Source: a virus
Lineage: Duplodnaviria > Caudoviricetes
IMG/VR virus record: IMGVR_UViG_3300012953_000087
Coordinates: 1-35,905 of that record
Length of the DNA stretch: 35,905 bases
Strand: one strand, 5' to 3'
Shown: positions 35,880 to 35,905 of the stretch, one piece after another
How the letters are laid out: every line of letters begins with the position of its first letter
Numbering within the stretch: the stretch's first letter is position 1
Notes under the pieces: model-generated
The model's database searches: none
Told to the model about the DNA's origin: nothing
Seen by the model: only the letters and a program-made list of their open reading frames with translations
Made by a program: the position numbers and the translations under genes

Positions 35880-35905
35880 AAAAAAATTCTCCTAATGATA
35901 AGTTA

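Noticed and set aside
1-35905. Diversity-generating retroelement, retron or alternative genetic code
   Set aside because: No reverse transcriptase or TR/VR pair was seen, and genes tile densely under the standard bacterial code.

Overview
AT-rich (~36% GC by eye) segment of a tailed dsDNA phage genome. It looks like a marine podovirus-type phage, probably of an alphaproteobacterial host (inferred from gene families only). Terminase, portal and capsid genes lie outside the window. Layout: (1) 1-15862 (+): tail/ejection module with a GNAT protein and a 3489-aa polyvalent ejection-type protein ending in an LPD38-like domain. (2) 15894-18557 (+): small basic proteins, holin-like genes, an adenine MTase and a lysozyme. 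(3) 18548-22303 (-): recombination operon (PD-(D/E)XK exonuclease, ERF, SSB, HNH-like protein, tyrosine recombinase). (4) 22396-27802 (+): replication operon (VRR-NUC, class II RNR, O-like initiator, split primase Zn-finger plus primase-helicase, DUF6456-like). (5) 27941-35905 (-): early/accessory region (HNH, SleB hydrolase, hypotheticals, metallopeptidase-vWA, AAA+ ATPase, WYL-like). The most striking unexplained signals are: a cassette-like early region whose genes are separated by a conserved ATTTCACAACT core with hairpins and mosaic flanks; an enriched palindrome TGAYYRRTCA that sits just upstream of three early-gene RBSs; the giant protein's enzyme-like modules delimited by a recurring (M)YSxR linker; three apparently leaderless sigma70 promoters; and strong CCWGG avoidance. 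All family assignments come from motif recognition, not database searches.
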